Source: Cyanophora paradoxa CCMP329 (Eukaryota > Plantae > Glaucophyta). Taken from it: a DNA stretch of 64,000 nt. The notes below the pieces were generated by a model. It was not told the origin of the DNA. It was given only the letters and a program-made list of their open reading frames with translations, and did not search any database. The position numbers and the translations under genes were made by a program. The stretch lies in the NCBI GenBank assembly GCA_004431415.1, contig QPMI01000685.1:17935-81934 (forward strand). The letters are read 5' to 3'. How positions within the stretch are numbered: the first letter of the stretch is position 1; each line of letters starts with the position of its first letter. Shown here piece after piece: positions 11,301-23,760 of this stretch.

Positions 11301-12739
11301 CGCCCGGCCCCGACCCCGCCTGCGCGGCGCGCCTCGTCGGCGGCGCGCGGAGCGAATCCCACTCGGCAGCTTGCTTCGGGGCACCTGGTGGGGCGGGGAG
11401 TGGGAGACGGGGTGGGCGGGGTGGGCCCCCCCGAAGGCCCCCTTGATCAGCATCTGCACGAAGGGCACGATGTCGTTGTCCGCCACGAAGGGGTACACGT
11501 GCTGCACGGCGAAATCAGGGGGGAGGGGGGGGGGGGGGCGAGGGGTGGGGAAGGCGGGCCTGGTGCCAGGGGAAGCGGGCGGCGAGGTGGGCCCCGCGAA
11601 CTGCGGCTGCCCGAAGGTGAAGCAGCGTGCCGTCCCGCCACCGTCCGCCACGGCCCGCCCTCCTGCGACCCGCGGGGCTCGGAGGGGGGGGCGGGGTCCG
11701 GGGGGGCGGGCGGGCTGCCTCGGGCTCCCGCTCGGCGGTGAGGAGGATGCGGGCGAGGACGAGGCACGCCACCGCCCCGCCCATCGAGTGCCCTGCGGCC
11801 CCGCCGCCCGCCGCCCCGCCGCCCCGCCCGCTCAGCGCCCTCGCCGAAGAGAAGGGGCGGGGGCGCGGGGCGGGACCGCAGAGGACGAGGCGCTTGCAGA
11901 GGCGGGCGGCGGTCTCCACGATCGCCCGCACCGGCACCCGCTGCGCCCGCGACAGGAACCCTGCCCCGCGTGAGGCCCCTCCCGCCCCGCCCCGCTTGGA
12001 GGGCCCCCGGCGGACCCTGCGGCGGCCCGTCAGGGGCGGGCGGGGCGCCGCGGGGCGGGGGGCGGGGGCGCCCCCGGGGCGGACCTTGTGGACGACGCCC
12101 AAGTCGGGGTCGCTGACGGCGTCCGCGGTGAAGTTCACCGCCCAGTCCCGCGGCTCCTGGCTCCCCCTGCGCCACGCCCCGGCTCGGGGGCGAGGGCGCG
12201 AGCGCCGGCGGCCGGCGCCGCGCACCGGAAGGCGACGTAGAGGGTCGACTCGTCCTCCGCCCTGCGCCCGCCCCCGGCGTCACGGCGCCCGCGATCCGCC
12301 CGGCGCGGAGCAGGGCGCGCCAGAGGGACGGCTGGAACGCGTGCGGCAGCGTCCTCTGGATCCGCGCGAAGGGGACGGGCTCGCCCCGCTCCATCACCCG
12401 CCCCTGCGCCGCCGGCGCCGCGCCCCCGCGTCAGCGAGCGCCGCACGCCGAGTACGCTCCCGTCGCGGCGGCCGGCGGCGGCGGCGGCAGCAGGCGGCGG
12501 CGGAGGACCTCCAAGATGCGGAGCGCATCCGCGCAGGCTCGATCGTCGTCAAAGTAGACCGCTGAGCTGAGGTGGATCGAGCCGTAGAGCTGACGAAGAA
12601 GCTCCGCGTCGACCGGGATGCGCAAGTGGACGCACAGCGCCTCGAGCGCGTTGGCTTGCGCATCTGCGGTCGCTCGCTCGGCTCGTGGCGGCGTTGGAGC
12701 GCGCCAGCCTCGCGCACCTCTGCTCGGCCCACCTCCCAT
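8355..12739 (-). CDS. Class-3 lipase (alpha/beta hydrolase) fused to a P-loop GTPase-like domain, with C-terminal hydrophobic tail
   Basis: Lipase motifs LYVAFRGS, DWAVN, VHKGFL, LVLCGHSMGGAVA, CFTFGQP and DNDIVP. Downstream is VLLLGPTGSGKTTL (~9915-9950), and the C-terminus reads VAAPVLLLLLWLFRPR*. Linkage of all exons is inferred. Confidence 0.7.
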
Positions 12740-12819
12740 CCTCGGCGGCCAGCGCGAGCTCCGGCGCGAGATGGTCGGTCGGGGTACGCCGAAGCGGCGC
12801 AAGTTGGCAAGTGAGGACG

Positions 12820-14376
12820 ATGTCGACGGCATTTTTGAGTGTCGCGCCGACGTCGACGGCCCAGCGCCGCGCCCCGGCATGCTCCTCCGCCGTGGCCCGC
12901 CCTGCGACCCTCGGCGCGTCTCGGCGTTCGGCGCGGTGCGGCGCGGCCTCGTCATCCGTCTTCGGCTATGAATCTACCTGCAATATGCGGTCTTTCGAAC
13001 CTGCCAGACCGGCGGCGAGGGCGCCGCCGTCCTGGGCGGCGCGCGCGGACGCGTCGCCAGGCCTCGCCGTGCGCGAATGCACGTCGCCCGACTGCAAGCA
13101 TCGCTCGTGACCTGGCGCCCCTGCAGGTGGACAATGCGATGGAGGCGGTGCGCAAGGAGCGGAAGCTGAAGCTGCTGCTCGCCGTTAGCGCCTCGAACCG
13201 CGGCCAGCTGACGACGCCCGAGGAGCGGTGCGCCACCGCGTTCGGCCGCCCGGGGCAGCGCTTCCGCGCGCGGCCCACCGCCGCCGCCGCCAGCGCGCAG
13301 ATCGAGGCGCTCATCGGGTCGCTGGAGGAGGCCACGCCGCACCCCGCGCCCCTCACCACGGGGCTCGGCGACCTCAGTGCGCCCCGCAGCTTCCACGGAA
13401 CGATGAGGGGGGCGCTGATGGCCGGCGCAGACGGCAGCTGGCGCCTCCTGTGGAGCACGGCGGGGGAGATCCGCCGTGCGGCCGTACCCCCTCCCCACTC
13501 CGCAGGCCTCCCCGACCCCTTGGACACCAACCGTCCCCTCCATCCCGCCGCGCAGGACTTCTCTCCCTCCCCCTCACCCTCGGCTCCGTGTACCAGGTCC
13601 GCGTACCCCCCCCCCCCGGGCCCTCTTCTGCCCCGCCGTCCTGTACCCCTGAGGGCAGCCATACCCCCTCCAGAACGTGAACGTGTCGTCGGGCTCCTTC
13701 GAGAACGTGGCGTACCTGTCGGTGCGGATGTACCCGCGCGCCCCGGATCCGGTACCCCCGACCGCTTCCGATTCCGTTGCGACCCCTGGCAGGCGGGACC
13801 CCTCGCCCGCGGCTTCGTTCGCGTCAAAGCGACCTTCTCGGCGGAGACCGACGTGCGCCCTGTAACCCTCCAGAAAGTGCGGGCGTCCCTCAGAACCGCA
13901 CGTACCCCCGCAGAGGATCATTCGCGTGAAGTTCACGGAGCGCCAGTACATCGCCGAGAGCTTCCTCGGTGCCCCCTCTCCTCGCTTCCTTCGTTCGCTT
14001 CTCTGCGCCGCGAACGCACGGCGGGGCCAGGGCTGCCGGCGCCGGCGGGCAGCGACGGGGGCGAGTTCATGCTGGGGAGCCAGGTGGGTGGGGGGAGCAG
14101 GCGGGGCGCCGGCCGCTGGGCGGGGGCGCCCTGGGGCTCAGCCTAGCCTGGGCGCGCAGGCCAACCCCGGCGGGGGCACCCTGGAGGTGACCTACCTCGA
14201 CGCCGACATGCGCATCGGTGCCCGCGCCCGCCGGCGCCCCTCCTCGTCCCCGCGCGCAGTGCCTTTCGGCCCCTCGCCGGCCGCTGACGCGGGCCCCGGG
14301 CGCCACAGGGCGGGGGGGCGAGGGGAGCCTCTTCGTGCTCACCAAGGCGGGCGCCCAGCAGCCCCCGGAGCCTTAG
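12820..14376 (+). CDS. PAP/fibrillin family plastid lipid-associated protein with transit peptide
   Basis: N-terminus MSTAFLSVAPTSTAQRR.. is Ser/Ala/Arg-rich with an early Phe. Family motifs SNRGQL..IEALIGSLEEATP, GSWRLLWST and LEVTYLDADMRIG..GSLFVLTK are present. Confidence 0.9.
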
Positions 14377-15449
14377 CAAGGCCTCCGACCAGCGACTGTG
14401 CCGCCGCCACCCGCTTCCGGAGCGCCCGGCGGCCGCGCGTCGGCCCCCGCGCCCCGGGCCGGCCTCCGACATGGTCCATAGGCTACAGCTGCTGCCCGGG
14501 GCGCGGCCCTAGGGGCCTAGGGCCTATTTAGCTAGGCCCCTGGGGCCTTAGCTAGCCTCTCAGGCTATGCCTAGCCGCCTATAGCCAGAGGCGGCTTAGG
14601 CAGGCTAAGGCAGCTGGGCCGCCTGCCAGGCTGGGACAGCCTGGGACTCAGGCTGGGAGCCGCTGAGCCTGCAGCTGGGAATCGAACAGCCTAACAGGGC
14701 CTCTCATCTGAAGATTTAGATCTACCTGGGTAAACCGATATCGATCGCGGCGTCGATCATCGCGCTGCGTGATCGACTACTAGTAGACTATAGCTAGTAG
14801 CAGACTATACTAGCAGTCTAGCACTGCGTCACGGCGTCACATATCCATGCAGATTCGCTGCAAGCTCACCCTGAGCTTACCAAGTTGGGGCTCGGAGCCT
14901 GGAGGGCCAGTGGAGGCCCTGGATGGCCGGAAAAAAACTGCAAGTAGGGAATCTAGGGATCGCGGCGGGTTACCGCGGGTATATGCGTCTTGCCGCCGTC
15001 GTCTGCCGTCGTCCGCGCGTCCATGATCCGGATCCATCCCGCGCGCGCGCCGCGCGGCCGAGCTCCCTGAAGCTATGAGCCTATGACACGTACTTTCTAC
15101 ACATACGCACACTCGACGCATCGCTGAGCGCACGCGTCCAGCGCTTCATGCAAGCCTTGAAGAGGCGCTTGCGATTTCAACCTCCGGCGGTTGCTTGCGT
15201 ACGGTGCGGTCCACGCGTCGCATTATCTCCATCAGTTTCAACGCCGTCTTTCTTGCAGATGATGCGATAGCACCGGATCTGGGCGCGCTCGGAGCGGGGA
15301 TCTGGGCCAGAACTACAGTTCTCTACCCAGTGAATCGGCGTCTGTGAGGGCCCCGCTTTGCGAGAACTCGCTGAGGAGGCGGGAGACTCGCTCGAGTTCC
15401 TTATCGTCGATCGGCGAGCTCGTCGCGCTGCCAGCAGGCGGCCGCCCGT

Positions 15450-17605
15450 ATGGATTCGGCTCCCGTGCGCGGATCTTCAAGCGTGGGTCACGCGCGAACC
15501 TCACGCCTCGCGCTGCAGCACTCCGAGGCGCCGATGGATGCGGATGGGCTGGAGGCGCTCGCTCGGACGCTGTCCGACAAGAAGGTCTGCCGGCAGCGCG
15601 CCCCTTCACCCACGCCGCCCCCGCTCACGCGCAGCAGGCGGACTGGGAGAGGAGGAGGGACGCCTGCCGGGCGCTGTCGCATCTGTCGGCGTCGGGCGCG
15701 CCGTCTGACCAGCAGCTGCTCTCGGAGAACGCGCGGGCGGTCGGATCGGCGCTGGCGGTCGCTCTGGCGGACCTCCGCTCGTCGGTCGTGCTCGAGGCTG
15801 CTCAGAGTGCGCCCCTCCGCCCTCGAATCGCGCTGCCGACCGCCGCCGACGATCGCGGCGCGCAGCGGTCGCCGCCGTCTTCCGGGGGCCGGAGGGCGAG
15901 CCCGGGGGCCGCCTGGCGCCGGCCCTCGTGCGCACGGCCGCCGACGTCGTCATCCCCGCCCTCCTCAAGCAGGCACGCCCGCCCCGCCGCCGGCCGCCCC
16001 GGCGTGTCGCTCACCGGCGCCCCGGGGCGGCAGGCCTGCTCGGGGAACAGCGTCATCGCCGGCATCTGCACCCGCGCCCTCGAGAGCCTCATCAGCCGCT
16101 GCCACGACTGCCGCCTCCTCAGCCGCCTCTGCGACTCGGGCGGGGACGGGGTGCGCGGGAGCGAGCCGCCTCCGCCGGCGGCCGCGGCGTAACCCCGGCC
16201 CCGCAGAGGAGCGACATCCTGCAGCTCTGCATCGTCGAGAACGTCGTCGTCGCCCTCCGCTGCTTCCCACAGACCGGTGCCCCCCGCGAGCCGCCCCCCG
16301 CAGCCCCCGCGCCCTCGCTGACCGGGGGGCGGCGGGGGGGCAGAGCTGGTGAAGGCGGGGGACGTGCTCGAGGCGGCGGTGCGGCGGGCGCTCGGCGACC
16401 CGTCGGCGCCCGTCCGCACCACCGCCCGCGTCGCCTACGGCTACCTCCTCAAGCACCTCCCCGAGCGCGCCAGGAGGCACGCACGACCCCCCGCCCGCCC
16501 CCGAGCCCCGCCGGCCCCGTCCCCGTCCCCGCTGACGTGCGCGCAGGGTCTTCGGCTCGTCGGACGCGCCGCTGCAGAAGCTGCTGGCGGCGGTGCGGCC
16601 CGGGGATTTGCCGGACGGGCTCGCGGCGGCCGGCCCGGGCCTCCCCGCCGCGAGCCTCGCCCTCTCGGGGGTCTCCCTGGGCTCGCCCCTCGCCTCCACC
16701 CGCCGCCGCCGCGCCCCCGTCTGCCTCTCGCCGACCCCCGAGGCTGCCCCCGAGCCCGTCCCCTCCCTCTCCAGCCCCTCCCGCTCCCGCACCCTCCGCC
16801 GCGGCCCCGGCGCCGGGGTCGAGCGGCCGACGACGGACCGGCCGGGGCCGCACCAGCGGGGGGAGCCGCCCGTGGTGCGCGACCGTGGGGCCGTCCGCTC
16901 GGACCCGGGCCTGCTCTCCCGCGCCCGCCGCGGCGTCCTCGAGGGGGTCGCCATCCCCGCCGAGCACCGTGCGCGCCCTGCCTGCCCCGCACGCTTCCTC
17001 GCCCTCCGCCGTGCCCCCTGACGGCGTGGCCTCTCAGGGAGCGACGCGTTCCCGCCCCTCGTCACCCCCCGCTGGGAGGCCCCCGCCCCGCTCGCCCCGC
17101 ACGCCCCCTCCGAGCCCTTCTCGCCCCCCCGGCCCTCTCCGCGCGCCGCCGCGCCGACGCGAGGGCGTACCCCGAGCCGCTGGGCCCGCCCTCGCCCAAG
17201 GAGGAGTCCCCCGCGCCGACGCCGGCGCGCATGGCCGGCGCCAACCGCGCCCGCCGCCGCGTCGGCGAGCCCGAGTGGACGTCGACACCGGGGTGCGCTT
17301 GGGCCCGGCCCCCGCCTGCTGCTCTTGTGCGCCCCGATGCTGACCCGGGGGCGGCGCAGCTCGCGCGCCGGCTCGGCGTGGTGGGAGAGCCCGGCGGGCA
17401 CGCCGGCGGCGGCCGCGGCGCAGGGCGCGGGAGGCCGCGGGAGCTGGCGCCCGTGCCCCTCCCCATGCCCTGGGACGCCGACTGGCCCGAGGCGAGCCCG
17501 GCGAGGGCCCGGGAGGCGCCCGGCGGCTGGCGCCTGGTGCCCCACCCGCCGCCGCCCGGCCCGCCCCGCACGCACACCCTCGTCGCCATCGGCATCGCAA
17601 GCTGA
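15450..17605 (+). CDS. CLASP-N / TOG (HEAT-repeat) domain protein with low-complexity C-terminus
   Basis: Exons give DWERRRDACRAL, ALADLRSSVVLEA, VVIPALLKQ and RRALGDPSAPVRTTARVAY, a TOG/CLASP_N pattern. Start is uncertain (15450 or 15534). Confidence 0.75.
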
Positions 17606-18487
17606 CGCCTCGGACGCGCTTCGTCCCTCTTCTTTGAATTCCTGCGTTTGCTTCTTGGAGTCTCCATTTTTGCAGGACGATCCGGGTTTCTTTTTGTTCT
17701 TGGGGTTTTTCTATGCTCGATATGAGTGTTTGTGAGTGACATATCGCAGACTTATTAGTATGCAGTGCGGACACGCGGACACTGACTCTCATATGCAGTT
17801 CTAGTCTATCTTTTTCATCCATGTCACATACTATAAATACCTACGGGCCCCAGGGCTTTATTCAATAATTAAGTGCTATCGATTCAGATGCATATGTGCT
17901 CGCTGAGTCATTTATCAACAAGGAAGTAGGATCTGCCGACGATATCAGTGGTACTGGTAGTACTAGTGTACATAAAAACATAAAAATCCTTTTGGTAACG
18001 ACTTCGAAGAATTGGCAGCATGCCGACGTCGACGACCGCAAGGCCTACTAGGCTAGGCCGCGCCTAGCTAAAGGAAATGATCATGAATATTCGAATTTGA
18101 CGACTCCGGACAGATCCAGATTTGAGCTCGAGTTTGATCGAGCCTCGGAGGCTCTCTCGAGCTCTAGATCTGATCATGATCATGAGAGGGGCCGCGGTCG
18201 CGGGCCCGGCCCGGGCCGCCCGGCCCCGGAATTCGAACGTTATATATAATTAACGTTAACGCAAACGCATTCGAATTCGAACGCGAGCCGGCGCCGCCAG
18301 CTGCAGGCCGGCCGCGGTCGCGCCGCGCCGTGCGCATGCCGGAAGCCCGCGCGCGGCCGCGCGCGCCGGTGCCGGCCGTGGCCGGCGCCATGGGGCGGTA
18401 GTGCACGTGCTTGCAGGGAGGTTGGGAGGGGTGGGGGGGGGGGGCGCTTGGGCGGGTACGTAGTGAAATTAAGCGAAGGCTGGCTCG

Positions 18488-19737
18488 ATGAGTTTCCTGG
18501 ATACCTGGCTGGTTCGATGTCGACGCGCGTGCACTGCTCTCTCTCCACTGAGACGAGTTGCGTAGAACCAGGCGTCGACCCAGATCTGGCTCCTCGTCGC
18601 ATTAGCGTTCCTGGTTCGAAAGTGCTTCCAGAGGAGGCGGCGCGTGAATGCAGCCGAGGAGGCAGAGAAGCTGCTGGCGGCGCTGACGGCGAGCGGCAAA
18701 TCTGAGGAGATCCAAGGCGCCATCGACGCGCTCGAGCAGTCCGACGACTTTGACGGCGTGGAGCAGGCACGCGAGTTTGCTTTAGCTATTGTAGACGCTG
18801 TTCATCGCTAGCAGGTTTGTGCCCGCGTCGGAGAGCGGCTGGAGGACGTGACGCGGAAGCTCGACGGCGACGATGCTGACAAGTGCGTTTTGCGTCATTC
18901 GATGCCGCTGGCGTTGATCGCGGCGCGCCCGACCGACAGAATGGACGCCTGCCACACCCTAGCCTTCATTCTGCAGCTCCGCCGCGTGCAGAAGCGCCTG
19001 CTGGCGGTGCGCGCTCGAAAGCAACCCCCAGCGCGCTTAGCTTCACGTCACGCGCTCCCGGAGCTCAAGTGTAGAGCTCTAGCCGGAGGCTTAGATGGCA
19101 CTCTAGACTAAAAAAAGTGCGGGCCTGGCCCTCCGGATACCGCCCTCACGCCGCGCCGCAGATGCCCTCTGCGATCGCAAAGGTCTCCGAGCTGCTCGAG
19201 AAGGAATCTCCGCCCGGCATCCAGGAGCGCGCCATGGCCGTGCTGGTGCGTACCCTCCGGCGCCCCTCGTACGTATACCCCGACCGCTTATGCGGTACCC
19301 CAGAACGCGGTGCTGGACGCGGCGAAGTTTGAGGACGTCACGCGGATGCGAGAGGCCGGAGTGGACAAGCGCGTCGCCCGGCTCGCCCTCAGCGTTCAGG
19401 CGCGCTGTACCCCCCAGGGCTTGCGTGTACCCCCTCACGCCCCTCGCAGGAGGTCCGCGGCAAGTCGGAGCTGCGCAAGCTCACGGAGCGGTGCGCGGCG
19501 CTCGCGATTCCATCGCATCCGCCCAGGCCGGAGCCGAGCCCGCCCGGCAGGTACATGACCACCCTTCTGGACATTATGGAAGAGGAGAAGCAGAAGGGGG
19601 AGAAGAAGGCGCGGAGGCGGGCCGGCGCGGCGGGGGCCGGCGCGGATGGCGCGGCGGACGCCATCAAGGAGGGGCAGGCGCCGGCGGCGAAGGCCGAGGA
19701 CGACGTCGACGTGGCCGGCAAGGAGAAAGGCCAGTAG
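18488..19737 (+). CDS. Hypothetical helical (ARM-like) protein with N-terminal membrane anchor
   Basis: Spliced MSFLDTWL|NQASTQIWLLVALAFLVRKCFQRRRR.., followed by amphipathic helical exons (SAIAKVSELLEKESPPGIQERAMAVL; MREAGVDKRVARLAL). Stop at 19735-19737. Confidence 0.6.
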
Positions 19738-19877
19738 GGTTAGAATTCGAAGGACCTGATCCTCTTAGAGTCTTGAAGACTGCGCCCGTGTGTGCGCAAG
19801 CAAAACGTTGACGTGCGCGCGTTCCCTCGTCTTCAGAGGCTGGCCGAGGGAGGGCGGCCGCGGGCGCCGTGCTCGCG

Positions 19878-20800
19878 CTAGGACGGGGGCGGCGGGGCGA
19901 TGCCCAGGAGGGCGAGGGTGCGCTCGTGGCGGCGCCCCTTGAAGAACTTCTCCAGCGCCGCCGCGAACGGCTCCTCCCCTGGGGGCCTCATCGTGAGGCG
20001 CGCCGAGTGTCGCGCGCGGGGGCGGGAGGGCCGGGCGCGGACCGGAGGCGGGGGCGGCGGCGAGGTCGAAGAGGGTCATGCAGGCGGAGAACTTGAGGTC
20101 GTCGGGGGGCCCGAAGAGCAGCACGGCGCTCGCCGTCTTCGCCTCCAGCGCCAGCGCCGTCACCTGCGCGCCCGCCGGCATCGGCGGCCGCCTCGCAAAT
20201 TGAAGAATGAAATTTGATCGGACCTCGCGGAGGCGGGGTCCGAGGAGCGGGTGCGCGAGGTACGCGCGGGCCTCGTCCAGCGACGCGATGCCGAAGTGGC
20301 GCGACTTGGCGCTCGTGCCCAGGCTGCGCAGCTGCGGGAAGATAAACCTGCCGCCGCCCGCGCGCCCGGGTCGAATGTTAACGTCCGAGGGGAGCGGCTC
20401 GGGTAGGCGGGCGGATCGCGACGAACCACATCCAGTGCGATGTCTTCTTGCCCGCGCGCATCTCACGGAGAACACGGGGCCATGCCGGCTCCTGAGCCTG
20501 CACGAAGCGCCGCAGCTGGAAGGGGTCGCTGCCCGCAGCCGCAGCCGGAGTCGATGTTGCTGTCCCTCCAGAGTTCACGTGCGGCGGAATGCCGTCCTCC
20601 TCGTCGGAGGGATGCGCTGCTGCTGACGCGGCGGCCGCGGCAGGCCGTACGCGTGTGATCGTCCGACCCGCGGGCGCGGCTGGACGCGCAGTGCCAGCTG
20701 CGGCCGGAAGTGCTGCAAACCTGGATGCTGGAGCTGCCGGTCTGCTTGGCTTGGCTGCCAGCGGCGGTGGCGCCGCGAACGCGGGCCGGGTCGAGGTCAT
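19878..20800 (-). CDS. DUF1810 family protein with putative plastid transit peptide
   Basis: DPFQLRRFVQAQE..EMRAGKKTSHWMWFIFPQLRSLG..ASLDEARAYLAHPLLGPRLRE..FGPPDDLKFSACMTLF is the DUF1810 signature. N-terminal extension reads MTSTRPAFAAPP.. Confidence 0.85.
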
Positions 20801-21615
20801 ATGCGCCTGCCGCGGCCCTCCAACGTTCATCCGCAGCTGCAGTGACGTGCGCAGCTAACGATGCCAATGGTCTTGAAAGTTTGAGCGGCTCGCTGACGGG
20901 CGGAGGTGTGATTGAGCAGGTCTGATCGCTCGGATCGGCCGCTCCTGGGCCTGCAAGCTCTTCCGATCCTGGCTAGCGTGTTGCAGGTTCTGTGCTGAGC
21001 TTGCGATGCCTTCTGCGGGCTGTGAGCGAGGCTGTGAGCGAGGGGGAGCTGCGAGCTGCGAGCGGAGGTGAGCGCTCCTGCGCCGCGTACGCATGCACAT
21101 TGCACCTGGATCGCGCTACAGTTGCAGATCGTGCCAGGGAAGTCAGCTGCAGGGGCTTTGGGGTGGGCAGTCAGCGGCGTTGGGTTGTACCCCCGGCCCA
21201 GCTCATGAGCCTCATGTCAGCCTCGTACGCGTGAATCTCGACAATTACGGCGGAGCGCCGACGTCGACGCGTACGTATATACGGCGCCTCCGGCCCTGCA
21301 GCTGCCGAGTTCGGGCCATGGCCAGCCCCGCGCGCCCGCGCGCATGCGCAGTATACGTCGACGTCCCTCGAGCTCATGATCAATTGCAAATTATTAAAGC
21401 CCCGAAATTAATTAAAGACGCTCGAGGCCGTCCTTCCAGTCTAGTTTTGCATGGCGCGATAGTCCCGGAGTCCAGGCCAGCCCTTCAAGGCTTCAATTTG
21501 CGGCCTGCCTGATAAAGGCGGGGGCTTTTGTTCGCAGCCTGAAGAAGCATCCGCGGCCGGAGGATAGTATTCGAGGCTAGCGACAGCATACATGTACATA
21601 AGCATGCCTAGCGCT

Positions 21616-23760
21616 TCAAGGCCAGGAGGACTGCGGCGGCGGCTCTTCGCGATCCGCGCCATCGCCGGCGCCGACCGCCCCGTCGGCCTCCGCGCCTGCC
21701 GCCGCCGGCGCCGTGGACGGGGCCGGCGCGTCCCACTGAGCGGGCGGGGCCGGCGCGTCCCACTGCGCGGGCGGGGCCGGCACATCCCACTGCGCGGGTG
21801 GCTGCCCGAGCGGTGCCGCCAGAGGCATAGTAGCGGGCCACGAGGGGGGTGGAGGGTAGCCTGGGTAGGGGTACGCGTAGAACGGGACCTGCGAGCAGTC
21901 GACGGCCCCGCAGCAGTGGGGGCAGAGGCCGACCTGCGGAGCAAGGGGCCGGGCCGCGTCTCGCACAGATCTGGAGGGGTACGAGGAAGGGAAGAGGCCG
22001 CGCACCCCGGGCTGGCTGGAGGGGAGGAGCGGAGGCGGCCGGCTCGCGGGGCCCCTGACGGCGAGGGGCAGCCCGGGGGGTCGGTAGGGCCCCGTCGGCT
22101 GCCCTCGCGCCTCCCGCTCGGCCGGCGGCGGCGGCGGAGCCAGCTGCAGGCCCGGGGGACGGTACGGGCGCGCGGGTCGCGCGGGGGCAGAAGCCGGGGC
22201 GGGAGCAGGGGCGGGGGCGCCTGCAGGCGGCTCCAGAGCATCGCCGGCTGGAGGAGCGGCCTCCTCGGGGGGCGCAGGCCAGCCGGCGGAAGGGGCTGGG
22301 CCGCCTCCAGGGGGTGGGGCGTACGGCCGGGGCGCAGCGAGCGCGGGGAAACCCGAAAGGTGCGATGGGGCCGGCAGGCTGTACCCGGGAGGCAAGTCGT
22401 GCGGGTGTACGGCCGAAGGCTGGTCGACAGCGACGGGGGGCGAATCGGAGGGGAGGAGGGTAGTAGTGCGGGACGATGAGGGGGGGGCAAAGTTGTCAGA
22501 CTCCGCGGGTGGGGCGGGAGGGGCGCGGGCAAGGGATCCGGACTGTGACGGAAGGGGCGGGAAAGCGCTCGAGCTCGAGGCGCCGGGTGCCGCTGCGGAG
22601 CCGTCAGCTCGTCCCGCGCCGGACGACAGGGCGCAGGGGGCGGCGCCGGCACCGTACCAGTTCCGGGGCCCGTGGCGGCCTGCAGCTGGCCCCAGGCCGG
22701 GAGCGGGAGGGCGGCGGCGGGGGCGGAGAAGACGGGCAGAGGGGCGGGGGCCGCGGGCTGCGGGGCGGGCTTGCTGGCCGAGCGGCCGCCCTGCTTGGCG
22801 GAGGCGGCCGGCTTGGGCTTTGGCTTCGCCGCCTCCAGCGCCCTCCTGCGGCCCCGGCCCCGACCTCAGCGGCGCAGAAGACAGTTCAGTGAGGAATAAA
22901 CATCGGAGCGCGCCTCTGCGCCTCCGCGCGCTGCTTGTGCGCCTCGCTCTGAATGTGCTGCCGCGCCGTGCATGTGATTAGCTGTCGAGAAAAGGATCTT
23001 GTGGAAGATTTAAAAAGAGAGAAGAGCACCTGCTCGAGCTGCTGGGCGCTGTTGAACTGCTTCGAGCAGAGCTCGCAGCGGCCGCGGATGGGCAGCGCGC
23101 GGGCGGGCTCGGCGGCAGGGGCGGCGGGGCGGGCGGGCGGCGGACGGCCGCGGGAGCGGTCGCGATCGGCGCGCGGGCGGCTCGAGCTCAGCGGGCTCCT
23201 CGGGCTCCTCGGGCGGGGCGCTGGGGGCGAGGGCGCGGCGGGGGCGGGCTTGGCGTCGCCGGCTATCGCCGCATCGCCCGGCTTCGCGTGCTCGGAGCGC
23301 GGCGGGCGGCGGGTCTCCTTGCCGGGCCGGCAGACCGTGTGGCCCCGCACGGCCCCTCCGCACTGCGGGCACAGCACGCCCCCCACGCGCCGCCCGGCCT
23401 CCCGCTTCATCTTGTTCCTGCGCCCAAAACCCAAAGGTCGTGCTTCAGCTAAAGTAGGTTATGTAAGAGAGAGCCAAAAAAGGATCCTTCAGAATTCACC
23501 AACAAGTCTTGTGCAAAGCCGCGCTGCAATCGCCCGAGCAGTCGACCTCGACGAACCTGCACGAGTGAGTTAATATTCATGGCGAACGGCATCTCACGAA
23601 CGCTGGCTCACTCCTCGTTCGGCTTGATCGTTTCGCGGCAGCCGACTGCGAGACACGGGCGGCACGCAGGGTCCGCTGGAGCTGGCTGAACCGCCGGTGC
23701 GCTCGAAGACGGCGTCACAAGGGCAGCGCGTTCTGCCGCCCCGAGGGCGCTGCCCGCGGC
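21616..23760 (-). CDS. 3' part of large Zn-finger gene: C4HC3 RING-like (TTC3/DZIP3-like) domain, matrin/U1-type C2H2 finger, Pro-rich tail
   Basis: Spliced CLAVGCRETIKPNEE|FVEVDCSGDCSAALHKTCW|NKMKREAGRRVGGVLCPQCGG, then CELCSKQFNSAQQLEQ|HIQSEAHKQR. The tail has PPAQWDAPA repeats. Confidence 0.65.
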
